DNA from: Hyaloraphidium curvatum SAG 235-1
Taxonomy: Eukaryota; Fungi; Monoblepharomycota
Direction of reading: 5' to 3'
Length of the DNA stretch: 64,000 nt
Assembly (NCBI GenBank): GCA_025558095.1
Contig: JAIVFI010000021.1
Span: 62,001-126,000, forward strand
The translations under genes were made by a program, and so were the position numbers. Positions 26,214 to 40,862 of this stretch are shown here, piece by piece. Each line of letters starts with the position of its first letter. Positions within the stretch are counted from its first letter, which is position 1. A model generated the notes under the pieces. The model saw only the letters and a program-made list of their open reading frames with translations, was not told where the DNA came from and did not search any database.

Positions 26214-27202
26214 TCAGCACGAAGCGTGAAGCCTGTGATCCTCGTTCTCCACCACCCATGCCATCGATCCCATGCTCCGCATCGACCCACGGCTCGACTT
26301 CACCGTAAGCTGCTCGTAGCTCGAAGCCCTGAGCGTGTCAAGCGAGCCAAAGGCATCGGCGGTCTCGCCGGCCTTGACGCCGATCGCGGGAAAGACCCAG
26401 CTCAACGCCTGCTTCCAGTAGGTCCAGGATTGTCCGTTGGTCCCTCCTATCACGTTCTCATCCTCCAAATTCATGACCGTCAGGATGTGAACCGCTTTTC
26501 TTTCCTCGGGGCTGGACGCAAGCGCCTCCCTGACAAAGGCAGCGGCTTCGAAAAGCAGAGGGGCCGAATCGGGGTTCAAGCTCATCAGAGCTCCAAAGGC
26601 GCCGATTTCTGCCTCGGTGGGAGGCCTGATTTGGTTGCCTGCGAGACCGACAGTGAGACGAATCGGTCAGTCCAGCGCAATCCGGTCCCACCCTCAGCCG
26701 TCTCAATCGCCCTGGCGTAGCAATCCAGAATAGCCTCCCTGACCACCTCGGTAATGAGCCCACCCCGTGCAGCCCTGAAGACCTTGAACTTGACGAAGTT
26801 GGCGACGTCCCTTGGCCTCGGATCCCCTTCGAGAAAGACCGACGGTGCCATCTTGGACATGATCTCGATCATGGTCTTGTCGCCACTCAGCCTGAACCAC
26901 TCGACAGCGTCTTGCACCCCTGGCGTGGAGCTGTCAGCGTCCGACCCCTCGCACGGTGCTCTCGGCTCCGAAGACACACCCGGCAAGGCTGCTCGCGCCC
27001 TCAGCCACCTCATTGCCATCATGCCCTTCTCCATCACGTCCAGGCCCGGTGCGAAGCGAGCGGAAACAACCTCGGTCCAACGCTCCATGAACTTGAGCAG
27101 AGTAACCTCGCTCAGTGACCCGGCATTGGTTGCCGCCTTCGAGGGCAGCGGCAAGGCCATCGGGGCCACCATTTGCGGCATCGGGTACGCAGGGGCTGCC
27201 AT
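26214..27202 (-). CDS. Hypothetical protein, 2 exons
   Basis: ORFs 26585-27202 and 26214-26585 can be joined through a short intron near 26640-26690; natural amino-acid composition. Confidence 0.55.
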
Positions 27203-27280
27203 CGTCGGGAGAGGCGGGAGGCCGTTGATGTGCGAAGAGGTGGTTGGCTTTTGTTCGAGGAGGAAGGGGCTGCGGACAGG

Positions 27281-28121
27281 TCAAACAGGAGCCCACCCCG
27301 CAAGCAGCCGCCGGTCGTACCCCAACACTTCCGAAAAGAAAGCGATGCACGGCAGTGGCTTGCTCTTGTCTCCGTCCCTGATCCGCGCGAGAGCACGGCT
27401 CCCGAGGGACTCGTCCTTTTGCAGCAACATGTACGGCCTTTCCGCGAGGTGCTTGGCCCTGGCGATGACCTCGTCGGCGAGGGCCAGGTCCTTCACGAGC
27501 TTGTCGGCGCCGGACTTGAGCCTGAACGCGGCGGCGAACCCCAGCGACTCCGAGTCCTTGGGCACCTGCGCGAGCGCCTCCTCGGGGAGCAGGAACGTCC
27601 TCGCGAGCTGGGCGTAGGCCAGCACGGCGCAGACGATGCCCTTGGTGGCCACCATGCCGACTTCGCGGTGGTTGAGGATGCCCTTGAAGTAGGTGAGGGT
27701 GTTCAGGATGTCCTGCCTGCTCGTCGAGCCGTGTCCGAGCCGGGCCAGCGCCGACTTCCCGATCCGGTCGTCACCCCGTTCCTGGCCGATGCGGGACCAC
27801 AGCTGCGGTCGGGCCGGTTAGCAGTCAGCACCATTTTCCTCAGCAAACCGCCCTTACCGTCGAAATGGTGGCGTTGGCGTCGAAGAATGCCTCCACTCCG
27901 TAGGCGTGGACGAACGGCGCGGTGGCCTCGCAGAACCTGCGCGTCTGGTCCCTCGCCGCTTTCGGCATGTCCCTCTGCAAACTAGCGACCTCCAGCAGTC
28001 CGTCGTACCCGTGGTCCTGGCCTGGAAGTGAGCGACATGCCGGCTGGAGTGCGGCCGAATGAAACCTCACCGCCTTCGTGCCGAGGCACGGCGCCATCAT
28101 CATCGCGGCGAGCTGTGCCAT
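27281..28121 (-). CDS. Hypothetical protein, 2 exons
   Basis: MAQLAAMMMAP... exon, GTAAGG..CTAAC..CAG intron near 27803-27857, then LWSRIGQ...RRLLAGWAPV*. Confidence 0.6.
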
Positions 28122-28536
28122 GTTTGCAAACTGTTATGCTCCAGTTCCGTGCCGCTGACTCTCCGGGTGCGGGCCGTTTGCCGCGTCCGCGTGCTGGTGC
28201 GCCGGGGCGAGCGCGGTCCCCCGACGGGCTCGGATTCGCCGTCCCGCCCGCGATGCGGGGAAGCAGCGGAATGGCCAAGCCTGGCGACCCGGGACGGAGC
28301 TCTCGCAGTGCTTCCTTGAGGCGTGAGCGGGGGTACAATTCAGGTTGTTTGTTGGTCTCTCCTGGGTCTCTCCCCGAGTGCTCCGCTCCGAATCCCACCC
28401 AGCCGAGTTCAAGTTGGCGATAACGACCCATCAAAATACGTATGGCAGTCTCCGGCCCACCGCCGGTTTACACACTTGGTCCGAATCACGGCATGGCGCG
28501 CTGCGCACCGGCAGTAACACCAACGGAACGGCCCCC

Positions 28537-30620
<2,084 letters not shown>

Positions 30621-31049
30621 GGCGGCCGGCGGGAGAGGTGGCGGGGACGGGAGTTTGGAGAACTCAATCCTGTGGGAGCCTGACCGCGAACTGACTCAAC
30701 GCCGGAGATACCGATTCCACACGCCGAGGAGGCAACCCGGGCCGCAGCAGGCAAGGAAAAATAGCTTTGAATTGCCTGGATGGACGTCCACCCGGGTCCA
30801 TAAAGTTGAAAGCATCGCTGGGACAGCCCGCGCCCCGGCTCACCACGGCACTGCTCGAGTCCGCACAACGCCGCACTCGCAATACTCCCATCATCGAAAA
30901 CTACCTTGCATCACCTAGGTATCCGGCTCTGGCCGGGCCGCGGCGCCTGCGGCTGTCAGTGCGTGACCGGGGGATCGCGGGGGTGTTTTGCTCTTTCGAG
31001 CGGGTGCGTCGGCCCATATTCTCCCGCCTTCTCCTGCCCCGCGCCGCCG

Positions 31050-32979
31050 ATGGAGCCTCCGCCGGGGCCGCTCGGCCGGCTGGCGTCGCTGTTCTCGCCG
31101 GGCGCATCGGGCGCGACGGCGTACGCGGTGCTCGGCGACGTGCCGCTCGGGGCGCGCGACGCCGTGTTCGAGCTGGACTCGGACGCCGACTCGGACGTCG
31201 AGGCCGCGACGGCCGCGGGCTCGCCGCCCGGCGAGACGCTGTCGGACGGCGGCTCCGCGGACACGCCGGGGCGCCCGTGGGCGGCAAAGGGCAACGGCTG
31301 GCTCTCGCAGCAACCGCCCACGCCGCCCGCCCCGCGCCGCGCGCCGTGGCTGTGCTTCCTGCTGGGCGCCCTGCTGGCTGGCGCTGCCGCCGTGGTGGCC
31401 GGGCTCGCATTCAGCTCGCCGTGCCGGACTCCCGCTCCTCCCGCGGCGTGCCCACCTCCCGCGGCATGCCCACCGGCTGCCGCCTCCCCCGCAACCGCCG
31501 CCGTTGCTGCGACAAACAACACGGCTCCCCCCGCAAACCCCTTCGAACTGCCCCCGCGGGACGACCTCTTCTCGCTCTCGCACGCCTTCCCCATCCTCAT
31601 CCGGCCGCCCCCGGCCCCCATGCCCCGCGTCCCGCCCGCCATCCCGCGCTCCTTCTGCCCCACGGCGCAGTTCGACGCGTACGCGCGGTGGCACGCTGAG
31701 ATCCTCTCGGGCAACTTCTCCTCGCTGCAAAAGTACAAGATGGCCGAGCACCGCGTCCCGCAGTTCATCATCTACACGTGTAGGCCGCACGTCGAGGGCC
31801 AGCAGGACCCGTGCGGCGGGCTGGCGGACCGCATCGTGGGGATCGTCACCACGGTCATGTTCGGGATGCTGAGCAACAGGGTGGCGCTGGTGGACTTCCA
31901 GCGGGGCGTCAAGGCCCACGACGTCTTCTCGCCCGTGTCGCTCGACTGGACCGTCGACATCGACCAGTGGGTCGCCAAGCACGGCGTCAACGCCACGGGG
32001 AACTACACAACGCTGGAACTCAACTACCACACCCCGAGCAAGTGGGGCCTGCACGGGCTGCTCAACAGCAAGTGGGACGACTGGTGGCACGACGCCGTCG
32101 TGCGGCTGGAAATCAACCGCGGGCTGACGTACGGCATGTTCAACCACTCCGTCTACGGGCCGAGGTTGAAGGAGTGGGGCTGGACCCCCGAAACGTCCTT
32201 TGCCTGCCTGTTGGACTGTGGGTCCGCGCGGCCGGCTCCCGCCGACCTTGCCTCACCTTTGCGTTCCCGCTCCCCTCACAGACATCCTCACGCCCGCGCC
32301 CCAAATAGCGGAGCGCGTCAACGCCGCCATCGCCCCGCTGCTGGATCCGGCGCACCTGGTGGTCGGCCTGCAGATCCGCGCCGGCGACATCGCCGCCTTC
32401 TCCCCCCTGGAGGACAAGACCACGGTCGCGGACCACTATCCCATGTTCCTGTGCGCGGAGCGGTTGGGAGAGCGGTGGGGATTCGGCCGCCCGCTGCGCA
32501 TCTTCGTTGTCTCGGACTCGCTGGCGCTCAAGAAGGACGCGGCGGCAAAGTACGGGTCCACGCTCGTCACGACCCCCACCGTCCCCGCGCACGTCTCCAT
32601 CAGCAACAAGCTCGAGGCGTACAAGGAGACCATGTTCGGCCCGCACAGGAAGAACGCCACGATCCAGGAGGCCCTGGCCAAGCTCAACGGGAGCATGAAC
32701 GCGACGGCGGAGCTCGAGGCCTACGAGGGCGCCATCATGGACATGTGGACGCTGAGCTACGCGCCGTACCTGGCGATTTCGCAGCGCTCGGGGTTCGGCA
32801 ACATCGCCGCGTTCCGGGCCTACTGGCGCAACCCCGTGGCCGTCGTGCGGCGGGACCCGGATTTCACGGGGGACGGGTGCGGCACCCCCGCGGGCGCCAA
32901 GACGTACGAGGACCTGGCGATGCATTGGAGCATGGGGAGGAAGAGGGCGGCGGAGGAGTGGGAGAGCATGTGGGATTGA
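31050..32979 (+). CDS. Golgi type II membrane fucosyltransferase-like glycosyltransferase (NodZ/GT23/GT37-type fold), 2 exons
   Basis: TM LCFLLGALLAGAAAVVAGL; CGGLADRIVG, VVGLQIRAGD, IFVVSDS, DMWTLS..ISQRSGFG motifs. Confidence 0.75.
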
Positions 32980-33264
32980 GCGAAACGGGGCGGAGCCTGC
33001 GGGCCTGGTGGTGCGGAGAGTGTGGGTCGTATGTAACGCGATTTGTGTGGACGTTGCCCCGGGAACATGAGACGTCGCCCGATGTTCATGCATGGCTGAT
33101 TTCACCCGGACCCAGAGCAGACGATCACCGCGGGGCATGCGGGCGCGCGGCAGAGTACAAGCGGGGCTGTATTCTGTCCTTTTCGATCCAATCTCCTCCA
33201 ACAGCCTCCTAATGAAAGGGTGCCAACGACCGGCGTCGCGGAACCCGACTGCGATGCCCGTCCA

Positions 33265-35071
33265 TTAGGCGTTGAAGTCGATGATCTGCGGGAGGGCGCG
33301 TCCGTCAGGATCGGAAGGTCAACGGCAAGCGATCAACCCACGGCGCGGCCGGCAACCTGGAAGCTGCGGAGAAGACCCGGGGATCAGCGGACGCCCCAAC
33401 CAGAGGCACGATGCGGACCCACTTCTTGAGCTTGTTGGCGGCGGTGGCAAAGTCCTTGAAGGGGAACACCTGGTAAATGGGCTTGACCAGGCCGCGGGCG
33501 GCGAACTGGAGGGCCTCGTCGGTCTCGGACATGGAGCCGACGAGCGAGCCCTTGATGGTGAGGCGCTTCATGCTGGAGGCCGGGCGGATGGATCAGTCGG
33601 GTGCGCGGGAACCAGCTGCGGGGCAGACACGCACCACATGTACTGGTTGATCGCGGCGAAAAGTCGCGAGAAAGGAACACGGGCGACGTAGCGTGGAAGC
33701 AATGAGTCAGATCCTGCCCAAACCGTGAAGCGATCCGGCAACGCACCATGGGGTCGGCACCGGCGATGGCGGTTCCGGCGGTGGGCAGGCCGACGCAGAC
33801 CATGGTGCCGGCGGTCCTCAGGAAGAACGGAGCCGGGTCGTAGGCGCTCTTGGTGCCGCCCGTGACGATGACGGCGTGCGCACCGCCGCCGGTGATCTCG
33901 TGGACCTTGGCGGGGATGTCCTTGACCTCCTTGAAGTCGATGAAGGCCACGGCGCCGAGCTTCTTGCAGAGCTCCTCCTTGTCCTTGCCGCTGTCGATGG
34001 CGACGACCTGGAGGCCCATGGCCACGGCGTACTGATCCGCGATCGAATCAGGAAAAGAACAAGATCGATCGAAGCACGGCAACGAACCTGGACGGCCATG
34101 TGGCCGACACCGCCACCAGCGCCGGGGATCACAACCCAGTCGCCTGCCTAAATAAAAGAAAAGGTGATGAGCGCAGACCGGAGAGCGGGGGCGGAGGCGC
34201 CTACCTTGGTGTTGGACTTCTTGAGCGCGGCCCAGGTGGTGGCGCCGGAGCACATGATGGGGCCGGCAATCAGGTCAGACACGCCCTCGGGGATGCGGGT
34301 CGTGTAGCGGGCGGGCGAGAGGACGTATTGGGCGTAGCTGCCGTTGACCGTCACGCCGGTGAGGACCTCCTTGGCGCAGTGGGTCTCGAGGCCGTTGCGG
34401 CACTCGTAGCACTCGTGGCAGACGTCCATGACGGGCTTGATGCCGGCGCGGTCACCGACTTTCCAGCCCTGGACCTCGGGGCCGACGGCGACGACGACAC
34501 CGGCGCCCTCGTGGCCGGTGCTATTCGAAGTCAGCGACTGATCGGCTTCCGACGACAGGACGAAGCCGACTCACCAGTCGCAGCCCATGGGCATGCCCCA
34601 GTCGCCGAGCATGACGTGGATGCTTTCGGGAGAGGAGTGTCAGGAGGGAGACGAGGTACGTGAAAGGCGCAATCCTCACTCTGTCGAGAGAAAGTGATCA
34701 GTTCCACGATCGGAGTCCGTTTCCAGGAATCGACTTACCGCTGTGGCAAAGACCTGAAGGCGTAGCGGGGAAGGAATGGAGAGGGGAACGGGTGGAGACA
34801 TTTGTTGGCGTTCCCGGTCGGGGAACAACGGCGGGACCGACCGGTGGCGTTGAGCCTCAGAAGCAGTTCGCCCTTCCCGGGAGTAGGCACCGGGTAGTCC
34901 TCCTTCGCCTCGAGCACGAAGTTCTCGCCCTTGACGGTGCAGACGCCGGCGCGTCCGACCTTGGGGATGGGCTGGTCAGCGGGGGGGGCTGGGCCGCGCG
35001 AACGGGACACGGTCAGCACGCAGGCGGCTAAAGAAGTCATGGCGAAACCCACCGGGAGCCTGGCCGGACAT
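33265..35071 (-). CDS. Zn-dependent alcohol dehydrogenase (yeast ADH-like), many exons
   Basis: GHEGAG, CHECYECRNGLETHC, PIMCSGAT, GAGGGVGH; C-terminal VAGRAIIDFNA*. Confidence 0.93.
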
Positions 35072-35380
35072 GGCTGCGTTCTGCGAGTGCGTGGGCGGCA
35101 GGGAGACAGTGGATCGTCGGGTGGGTCGGTCGTACGGGGTCCGAGCGCCGCCCGAAACAAAGGCGTTTGCCACAATGGACGCCAAAGGGCAACGACGAAA
35201 GGGAAACGGTCTTCGAATGGCTTCAATGATATATTTGGACGTCCATCCATGTCGATCCAGGGTTCCGGGCACAGGAACGCCGCAGCGCTCGTATCACAGC
35301 TTCGCAACAAGGCCGATTCATGCCAAGCTTCATTCTTTTCAGAAGAGCACAGAATAAGATGCGTGTACAATGATGATATA

Positions 35381-37620
35381 TCAGAGCTTCGCAGGAGGCA
35401 GGTTGATGCCCAGCTTGCCCTCCTTCAGAAGTGCAACGACCTCGGTCTTGAGATCCTTCTGCACAAGGAGACAAACATCGGCACAAGCAAAGGCGGAATC
35501 AACGCCATCCTTACCTTCAAGACCTTCTGAGTAGCGTTCTTGGGCAAGCTCTCCGTCTTGAAATGGACGTAGGTCGGCACCTTGAACTGGGCAATCCGCG
35601 ACTGGCAGTGGCGGATCACAGCTTCCGCGTCGGCCTTGTATCCGTCCTTCATCTTGACGATCGCGGCCACCTCCTCGCCCAAGCGCGGGTGCGGAACCCC
35701 GACGACCGCAGCTTCCTCTACTCCCGGCATCAGCATGATCGCATCCTCGACTTCAACGGAGTAAATCTGTGGGAAACGGATGAGAGCGAGCAGAAGCGGT
35801 TCACCGGCACCACTCAAATTCTCTCCAGCTCTGATGAGCACGTCTTTTGCGCGGTCCAGCTGGCGAACGAAGCCGTCAGAATCCATGGTGCCGAGGTCCC
35901 CGGTCCTCAGCCAGCCCGTCGGCGTGATCGTCTCGGCCGTCGCCTTCGGGTTCTTGTAGTACTCCTTCATGACGTTCACGCCGCGTACCCAGATCTCCCC
36001 GATCGTGCCGAGGGGCACGGAGATTGGGGGCTCGGCGGTGAGGGCGCCGGGCGGCAGGTCCGTGGGGGCGATGACGACTTCGTTCACGGGGGAGGCCAAT
36101 CCGATCGAGTCTTGCCGGATGAAGTAATCCTCAGCTGGCGGATAAGATCGTAGTCAGAAACTGATGGTGCGAATAGCACAGGGTGCGTCCTAGCCGGCCG
36201 CGGCGCGCCTCTGCCCACCCTCCCGCCGGAGTTGAAGACGCACATCGTCGCGGACGCCGACAAGCGCGCAACAACTTACCAGCGTTCATTATAACAAAAC
36301 CATTTGTCTCCGTCAATCCGTATCCGTTCAGGCCCTTGTACCCGTCTCCGACCCAGCGCTTGTCGACCTTTGGCAGCAGCCGCTCGACGGTCTCGACCAG
36401 CTCTTTGGGCGCCGGCGCCCCGCCGCCTCCAACCGACTCGATCCGCGCCAGCAGCTCCGGGTTGTTGAGGAGCTTCGGGTGCGACAGCAGAGTCAAGCTT
36501 TGGTAAGGCACGCCGCCGAGCCCCGTGAGCTTGTGCTTGACGGCAATGTCGAGCACGACCCCGGCGTCCCATCGGCTCATGATGATCACAAGAGATCCGG
36601 CCAGCGTGTTCGGAATCAGATTGCAATGGAGCCCCCCGACGTGGAACATGGGCGTGCCGATCAGCGAGGCGCGCTGCTCCGTCACGGGGGCGGGCGGCGC
36701 CTCGCCGCGGCGGAGGAAGCCGCGGAGCGGGAGGGCCGCCATCGTGAAGATGTTGGTCAGGGCTCCCCGATGGGTTTGAACGGCTCCCTTTGGGAAGCCA
36801 GTAGTGCCTGAAGTGAACAGGATCACGGCTTCATCGTCTTCGGCGATGCTGGCCTCCGGCGGGTCGGCAGAGGGACCGGGTTGGGCCACCAGGTCGCCGT
36901 ACGGGGCAACCTTGGCCCCAAACCCGTGCTTGGGGATGCTGCCGGTGACAAAGACCTTTTCCAGCTTCCCCTTGAAGAGCGCGTCCAGGTAGCTGCCGCT
37001 GCCGTCCTCCTGCTTCGTCAGCAGCCGTTCGAGCCGTTCGTCGTCGGCGAGGAGGATCTTGACGTCCGCCAGATCGATGCAGTAGTGCAGCTCCCGTGCC
37101 AGAAGCCAGGAATTCACGGCGACGAGCACAGCTCCGATCGACGTGGCTGTCGGCGCGAGACAGTCGGTAACTCCTTGACGAACAGACCGCGCAAGGACGT
37201 ACCGGCCCAGAACCAGAGCGCCCACTCGATGCTGTTCTTGCTGCACACGGCGACCTTGTCGCCCTTCTTGACGCCGAGCCCCTTCAGCGCCCACATGAGC
37301 CGGACGACCTCTTCTTTGGCCTGGGCGTAGGTCACGGTCCGGAGCGACCCCCTCGCCGCTTCCTCGTCGAACGCCCGGGGATTCCCGCTGTACAACTTCA
37401 GGTACGCCCGGTCCGCGAACGCCGCCGTGGCACCAAAGAACACGGCGCGCATCGTCGGCGGCAGGTTCTTGTAGGCCTTCAGCGGGGGGCAGAGCGAATC
37501 GCGGAAGGGCAGTTTGACCTGGTGCGTCTCCAGGGGGCTGCCGGGCGCAGTGATGATCGCGTTGGCCTGCGCCGGGGTGACTTTCGGCTGGAAGGGCGGG
37601 AGGCTCGCGTTCGCAGCCAT
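35381..37620 (-). CDS. Peroxisomal AMP-binding acyl-CoA ligase (long-chain FA/4CL-like), multi-exon
   Basis: FTSGTTGFPKG, NGYGLTET, WLRTGDLG, LPKNATQKVLK; last exon ends ...NLPPAKL* (PTS1). An alternative in-frame ATG lies at 37737. Confidence 0.92.
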
Positions 37621-37918
37621 CGTAATCCCGGGATTCGCGCGGAGACTCGGGGGATCGCCTGAGAAGTTATAACCCTTGCTCGGGGGAGACGGGGGTTCGC
37701 GAGGCGGGAGAATTGACTTCCCGATCGCCCGGAACATTCCACCTCACAGTCCAGACGAGCCTCCTCCGGCAAAGGCAATCCAGCTGATGCTCAGTGGTTT
37801 CTTATCATCATCCGTTCCCATCTGCCTTCTTCCGGTGGCAGTTCGGGGACGATTCCACCAAGAGCCAATCATGTAAACACCACGACGCCACCGGCCACCC
37901 GCTCAACCTTCAGACGCG

Positions 37919-38882
37919 ATGGGCAACCCCGCTCCCCCTCCATCGCCCACCTTCCCGGCCAGCCTGGGCCCGTACCCCTCCGAATCCCTCTGGGAGCGCG
38001 CGTGGGAGTTCCACGGCAAGCACGGTGGGCCTCGCGCGCCGTCCTCGGCGGAGCGGCGCGCTGACGCGGTGCAGCGCCGGGCGTGGCAAAGTACCTCTCC
38101 GCGATCGTGCTGCTGCCTCCCAACGCGAGGAACGCGGGGCTGCACCCGGCGGTGCTGGCCCGTTTGGCGGGCAAGTTCGCGGAGGTGCGGATCGTCGCCG
38201 CCCCGGGCACTGGACCCCTGCCGTCAGAGCTGCCGGGCAACGCGGCCCTCGATGCGGACTTTGCGCAGTGGGAAAATCTCTCCGAGCACGCCGGCTTGCG
38301 GCGGTGGGACGTGGCGGTGGTCCCGGAGTGCTGGGAGGCGCTGGATCCCGGGATGCTCGCCCGGGGGGGCACGTTCGAGGGCGAGGGGGTGCTCCTGCGG
38401 TGCGTCTAGCTGCGCGTCGAGCGGAAATGCGATTCGCGGTCTGACCCCGCGGCAGCGAGATCCGCAGGCTGCTCCGGCCCGCCCCCGAGGGCACCCTGCT
38501 CGCCTACTCGCACCCCTTCCCACTCTTCCACGGGGACCAGAAGCTCTCGGACCTCGTTGTTGCGCTGTTTGCGCTGTGGTACCCCGAGCAGCCGCCGTGG
38601 AGGTCGGCTTTGGAAAGGCTTTGGGATGGTCTGCCGGTCGCGCGCGCGTGGACGAGGGGGGTCGAAGAGCGGTGGGAGTTTCCGACCGAGGTGAGGACGC
38701 CGCTGTTCGCGCCGGAGCGGTACTCCGCGCGGGAGGTGGAGGAGTGGGCGCGGGGCAGGCCGGAGTGGAAGGGGAGCGAGGCCGAGGAGGGCATTTTGAG
38801 GCAGATGCTGGATGCGGTCGGGGACGAGGGCGCGGAGCTCGAGATCCCGTGCATGCTGTGCGCGGCCAAGTACGAGAGATGA
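37919..38882 (+). CDS. Hypothetical protein, possibly a degenerate class I SAM-methyltransferase fold, 3 exons
   Basis: Spliced model ...WDVAVVPECWEALD...LLRLLRPAPEGTLLAY... resembles the motif IV-VI pattern (FDxxxxAQxFHWxD..RxLKPGGxL). Confidence 0.45.
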
Positions 38883-38983
38883 TGCGGGTATTCTATACAG
38901 CTAGCTACACGGTCAGAGACGCGTCAAAGATGTCTCGATGCCCAGATGGATGCCCAAAAAACCCCAGTAACGCAATCCCCCGA

Positions 38984-40663
38984 TCACCACCTCCTCGTCT
39001 TCCTCTTCTTCTTGGCGGGCCCGGCCTGCCGCTCCTTCTGCTCCTTGCTCCCCGCCAGCAGCGCCCTCTGCACCGCCGACACCCTCCTCCTCCCCCTCTG
39101 CCGCTCCCCCACGGACCGCTCCTGCAGGAGCTCCTTCCACCCCGCAAAGTCCGCGTCCGAGAACCCGCCGGGCCTGATCGTGCGGAAGAAGGGCAGGAAC
39201 TCGCCGTGGTTGGGCGTCGCCAGGGCGACGCAGAAGACGGTCTCCATGGAGAAGCACTGCAGCGGGAGCAGCTCCTCGAGGTTCCAGCGCGAAAGCGGAC
39301 CCATGCCCGCGCCCCGCTCCGCGACCCACGCGTCCGCGAGCCGCGCGACGAACCCGGCAAAGTACCGCGGGAGGTGCCTCCCCCTGTCCACCGCCGCGAT
39401 GCACCTCTTGAGCTCCTCCGCCCCTTCGTCCCCGGGGTCCGCGAGCACCGCCGGCACCACGCTCCCCTGGAACAGGTCCGCCACCCTCGCCGCGGCCTCG
39501 AACCCGTGCCGGCGGTACCCCATCCCCAGCTCCGCCGCGTGCATTGCGATGCGCGCCAGACGCTCGTATCCCCCGGGCAGCGGGAAGTGCTCCCTCGTCG
39601 CGATGCCGCGGAGGATGTCGGCCGTGGGGGCGGCGTCGTCCTCGGCCTCCGAGTCGCTGTCGTCCCCGCGGATCTGGTCGGCGGCGGCCTCGACGATGGC
39701 GGCGATGGTGTCGGGGGCGACGGCGCCGGGGTCGCGGAGCAGCGGGAGGAGGAGGGCGGGGAGGCGGTCCGGCTGGAGGTGCCATGCGCGCACGGTCGAG
39801 AGAACCTGCCAGTACTGCGAGGCCGAGAAGCCCGGCACGGGGCCGGCGGTCGGTGCAAGGAGGGGCACGGGGAGCGGGTGGTGCGGGCGCAGCGAGTGCA
39901 GCAGGCCTTCGAGCTCGGGCGAGGCCGAGAAGAGCGGGAAGCGCCGGAGGAAGGCGGCCAGGTGGTCCGGCGGGGGCTCGTAGCGCCAGCGGTAGCGGTG
40001 CGACGACTCGGGGGCCCACAGCGAGCGGCCGAGCTCCAGGAAGGCGCGCATGGGGCCTTTGGAGAGGCGGCCGTCGAAGCGGGCGACGAGGTCGATGGCG
40101 CACTCGCGGAAGCGCGACGGGCCGGGCTCCGAGTACGAGGCGGGCTCGGACTCTGTCCAGCCGCAGCGGTACAGACGGGCGGCGAACTCGACGAGGAATG
40201 CGACGGCGTTCCTGCCCGCGGGGTCGAAGCCGGCCGCGTCGAGCACGCGGGCGGCGGCGGCGGGCACGGTCACGTCCGGCGGCGGGATGCGCGGCTCGGG
40301 GGCGTCCTCCACGTCCTCCCAGTACTCGCGCACGGCGGTGTGCGTGATCGGGTGCGGCGACGCCCAGAAGCCGCGGTGCAGCGGGTGCGCGCGGGCGGCG
40401 GCCTGCAGCTCGCGGAGGTCGTCGGCGAGGGCGTGGGCGCCGCCCGCCGCCAGCAGCGCCCGGAAGCGGGCATTCGCGTAGGCAACAACCAAACAACGCA
40501 TGCCGCGCGAGGCGAGCCGGGTGTCGAGGTACAGGTCGGGCAGCGCCGCGTGGTGCAGCACGCGGAAGAGCACCGCGGGCGGGAGCGCGGACAGCGCCCC
40601 GCAGCCCGGCGCGCCGGCCCGCGCCGTGTCGGCGGGCACCGTCGGCACAGGCATGGCGTCCAT
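38984..40663 (-). CDS. F-box-like protein (paralog 1 of head-to-head pair)
   Basis: ALSALPPAVLFRVLHH...LDTRLASRGMR; full-length similarity to 40863-42587. Confidence 0.75.
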   Translation of the reverse strand: MDAMPVPTVPADTARAGAPGCGALSALPPAVLFRVLHHAALPDLYLDTRLASRGMRCLVVAYANARFRALLAAGGAHALADDLRELQAAARAHPLHRGFWASPHPITHTAVREYWEDVEDAPEPRIPPPDVTVPAAAARVLDAAGFDPAGRNAVAFLVEFAARLYRCGWTESEPASYSEPGPSRFRECAIDLVARFDGRLSKGPMRAFLELGRSLWAPESSHRYRWRYEPPPDHLAAFLRRFPLFSASPELEGLLHSLRPHHPLPVPLLAPTAGPVPGFSASQYWQVLSTVRAWHLQPDRLPALLLPLLRDPGAVAPDTIAAIVEAAADQIRGDDSDSEAEDDAAPTADILRGIATREHFPLPGGYERLARIAMHAAELGMGYRRHGFEAAARVADLFQGSVVPAVLADPGDEGAEELKRCIAAVDRGRHLPRYFAGFVARLADAWVAERGAGMGPLSRWNLEELLPLQCFSMETVFCVALATPNHGEFLPFFRTIRPGGFSDADFAGWKELLQERSVGERQRGRRRVSAVQRALLAGSKEQKERQAGPAKKKRKTRRW

Positions 40664-40862
40664 TCTGCCCGCGCGGGCCGGTGATGGCGCGCCGGGGTTT
40701 GCGGTGATTGGACGCCGAGTTCGCTCTAAGTGGTCTAAGCGCGGGGGCTAGGACTTCTGGGTTGAGAGGTCATTCGCTCGATTTGTGTTAGGCCTCTCAA
40801 CCAGTTCGCTAATCACTGCCCACCCTGAATCAATCTCCGGCTCCCTCCCGCGCCGCACCACG
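40664..40862. promoter_or_regulatory. Putative bidirectional promoter between divergent F-box paralogs
   Basis: 199-bp, lower-GC spacer between two divergent ATGs; positional inference only. Confidence 0.4.

Noticed and set aside
30906-33212. 768-aa ORF as a single protein
   Set aside because: The real gene shifts frame through an intron near 32217-32282; the ORF tail is an out-of-frame read-through.
37919-40684. 921-aa + strand ORF
   Set aside because: Arg/Pro/Gly-rich shadow frame, mostly antisense to the F-box gene at 38984-40663; only its first ~36 codons belong to a real exon.
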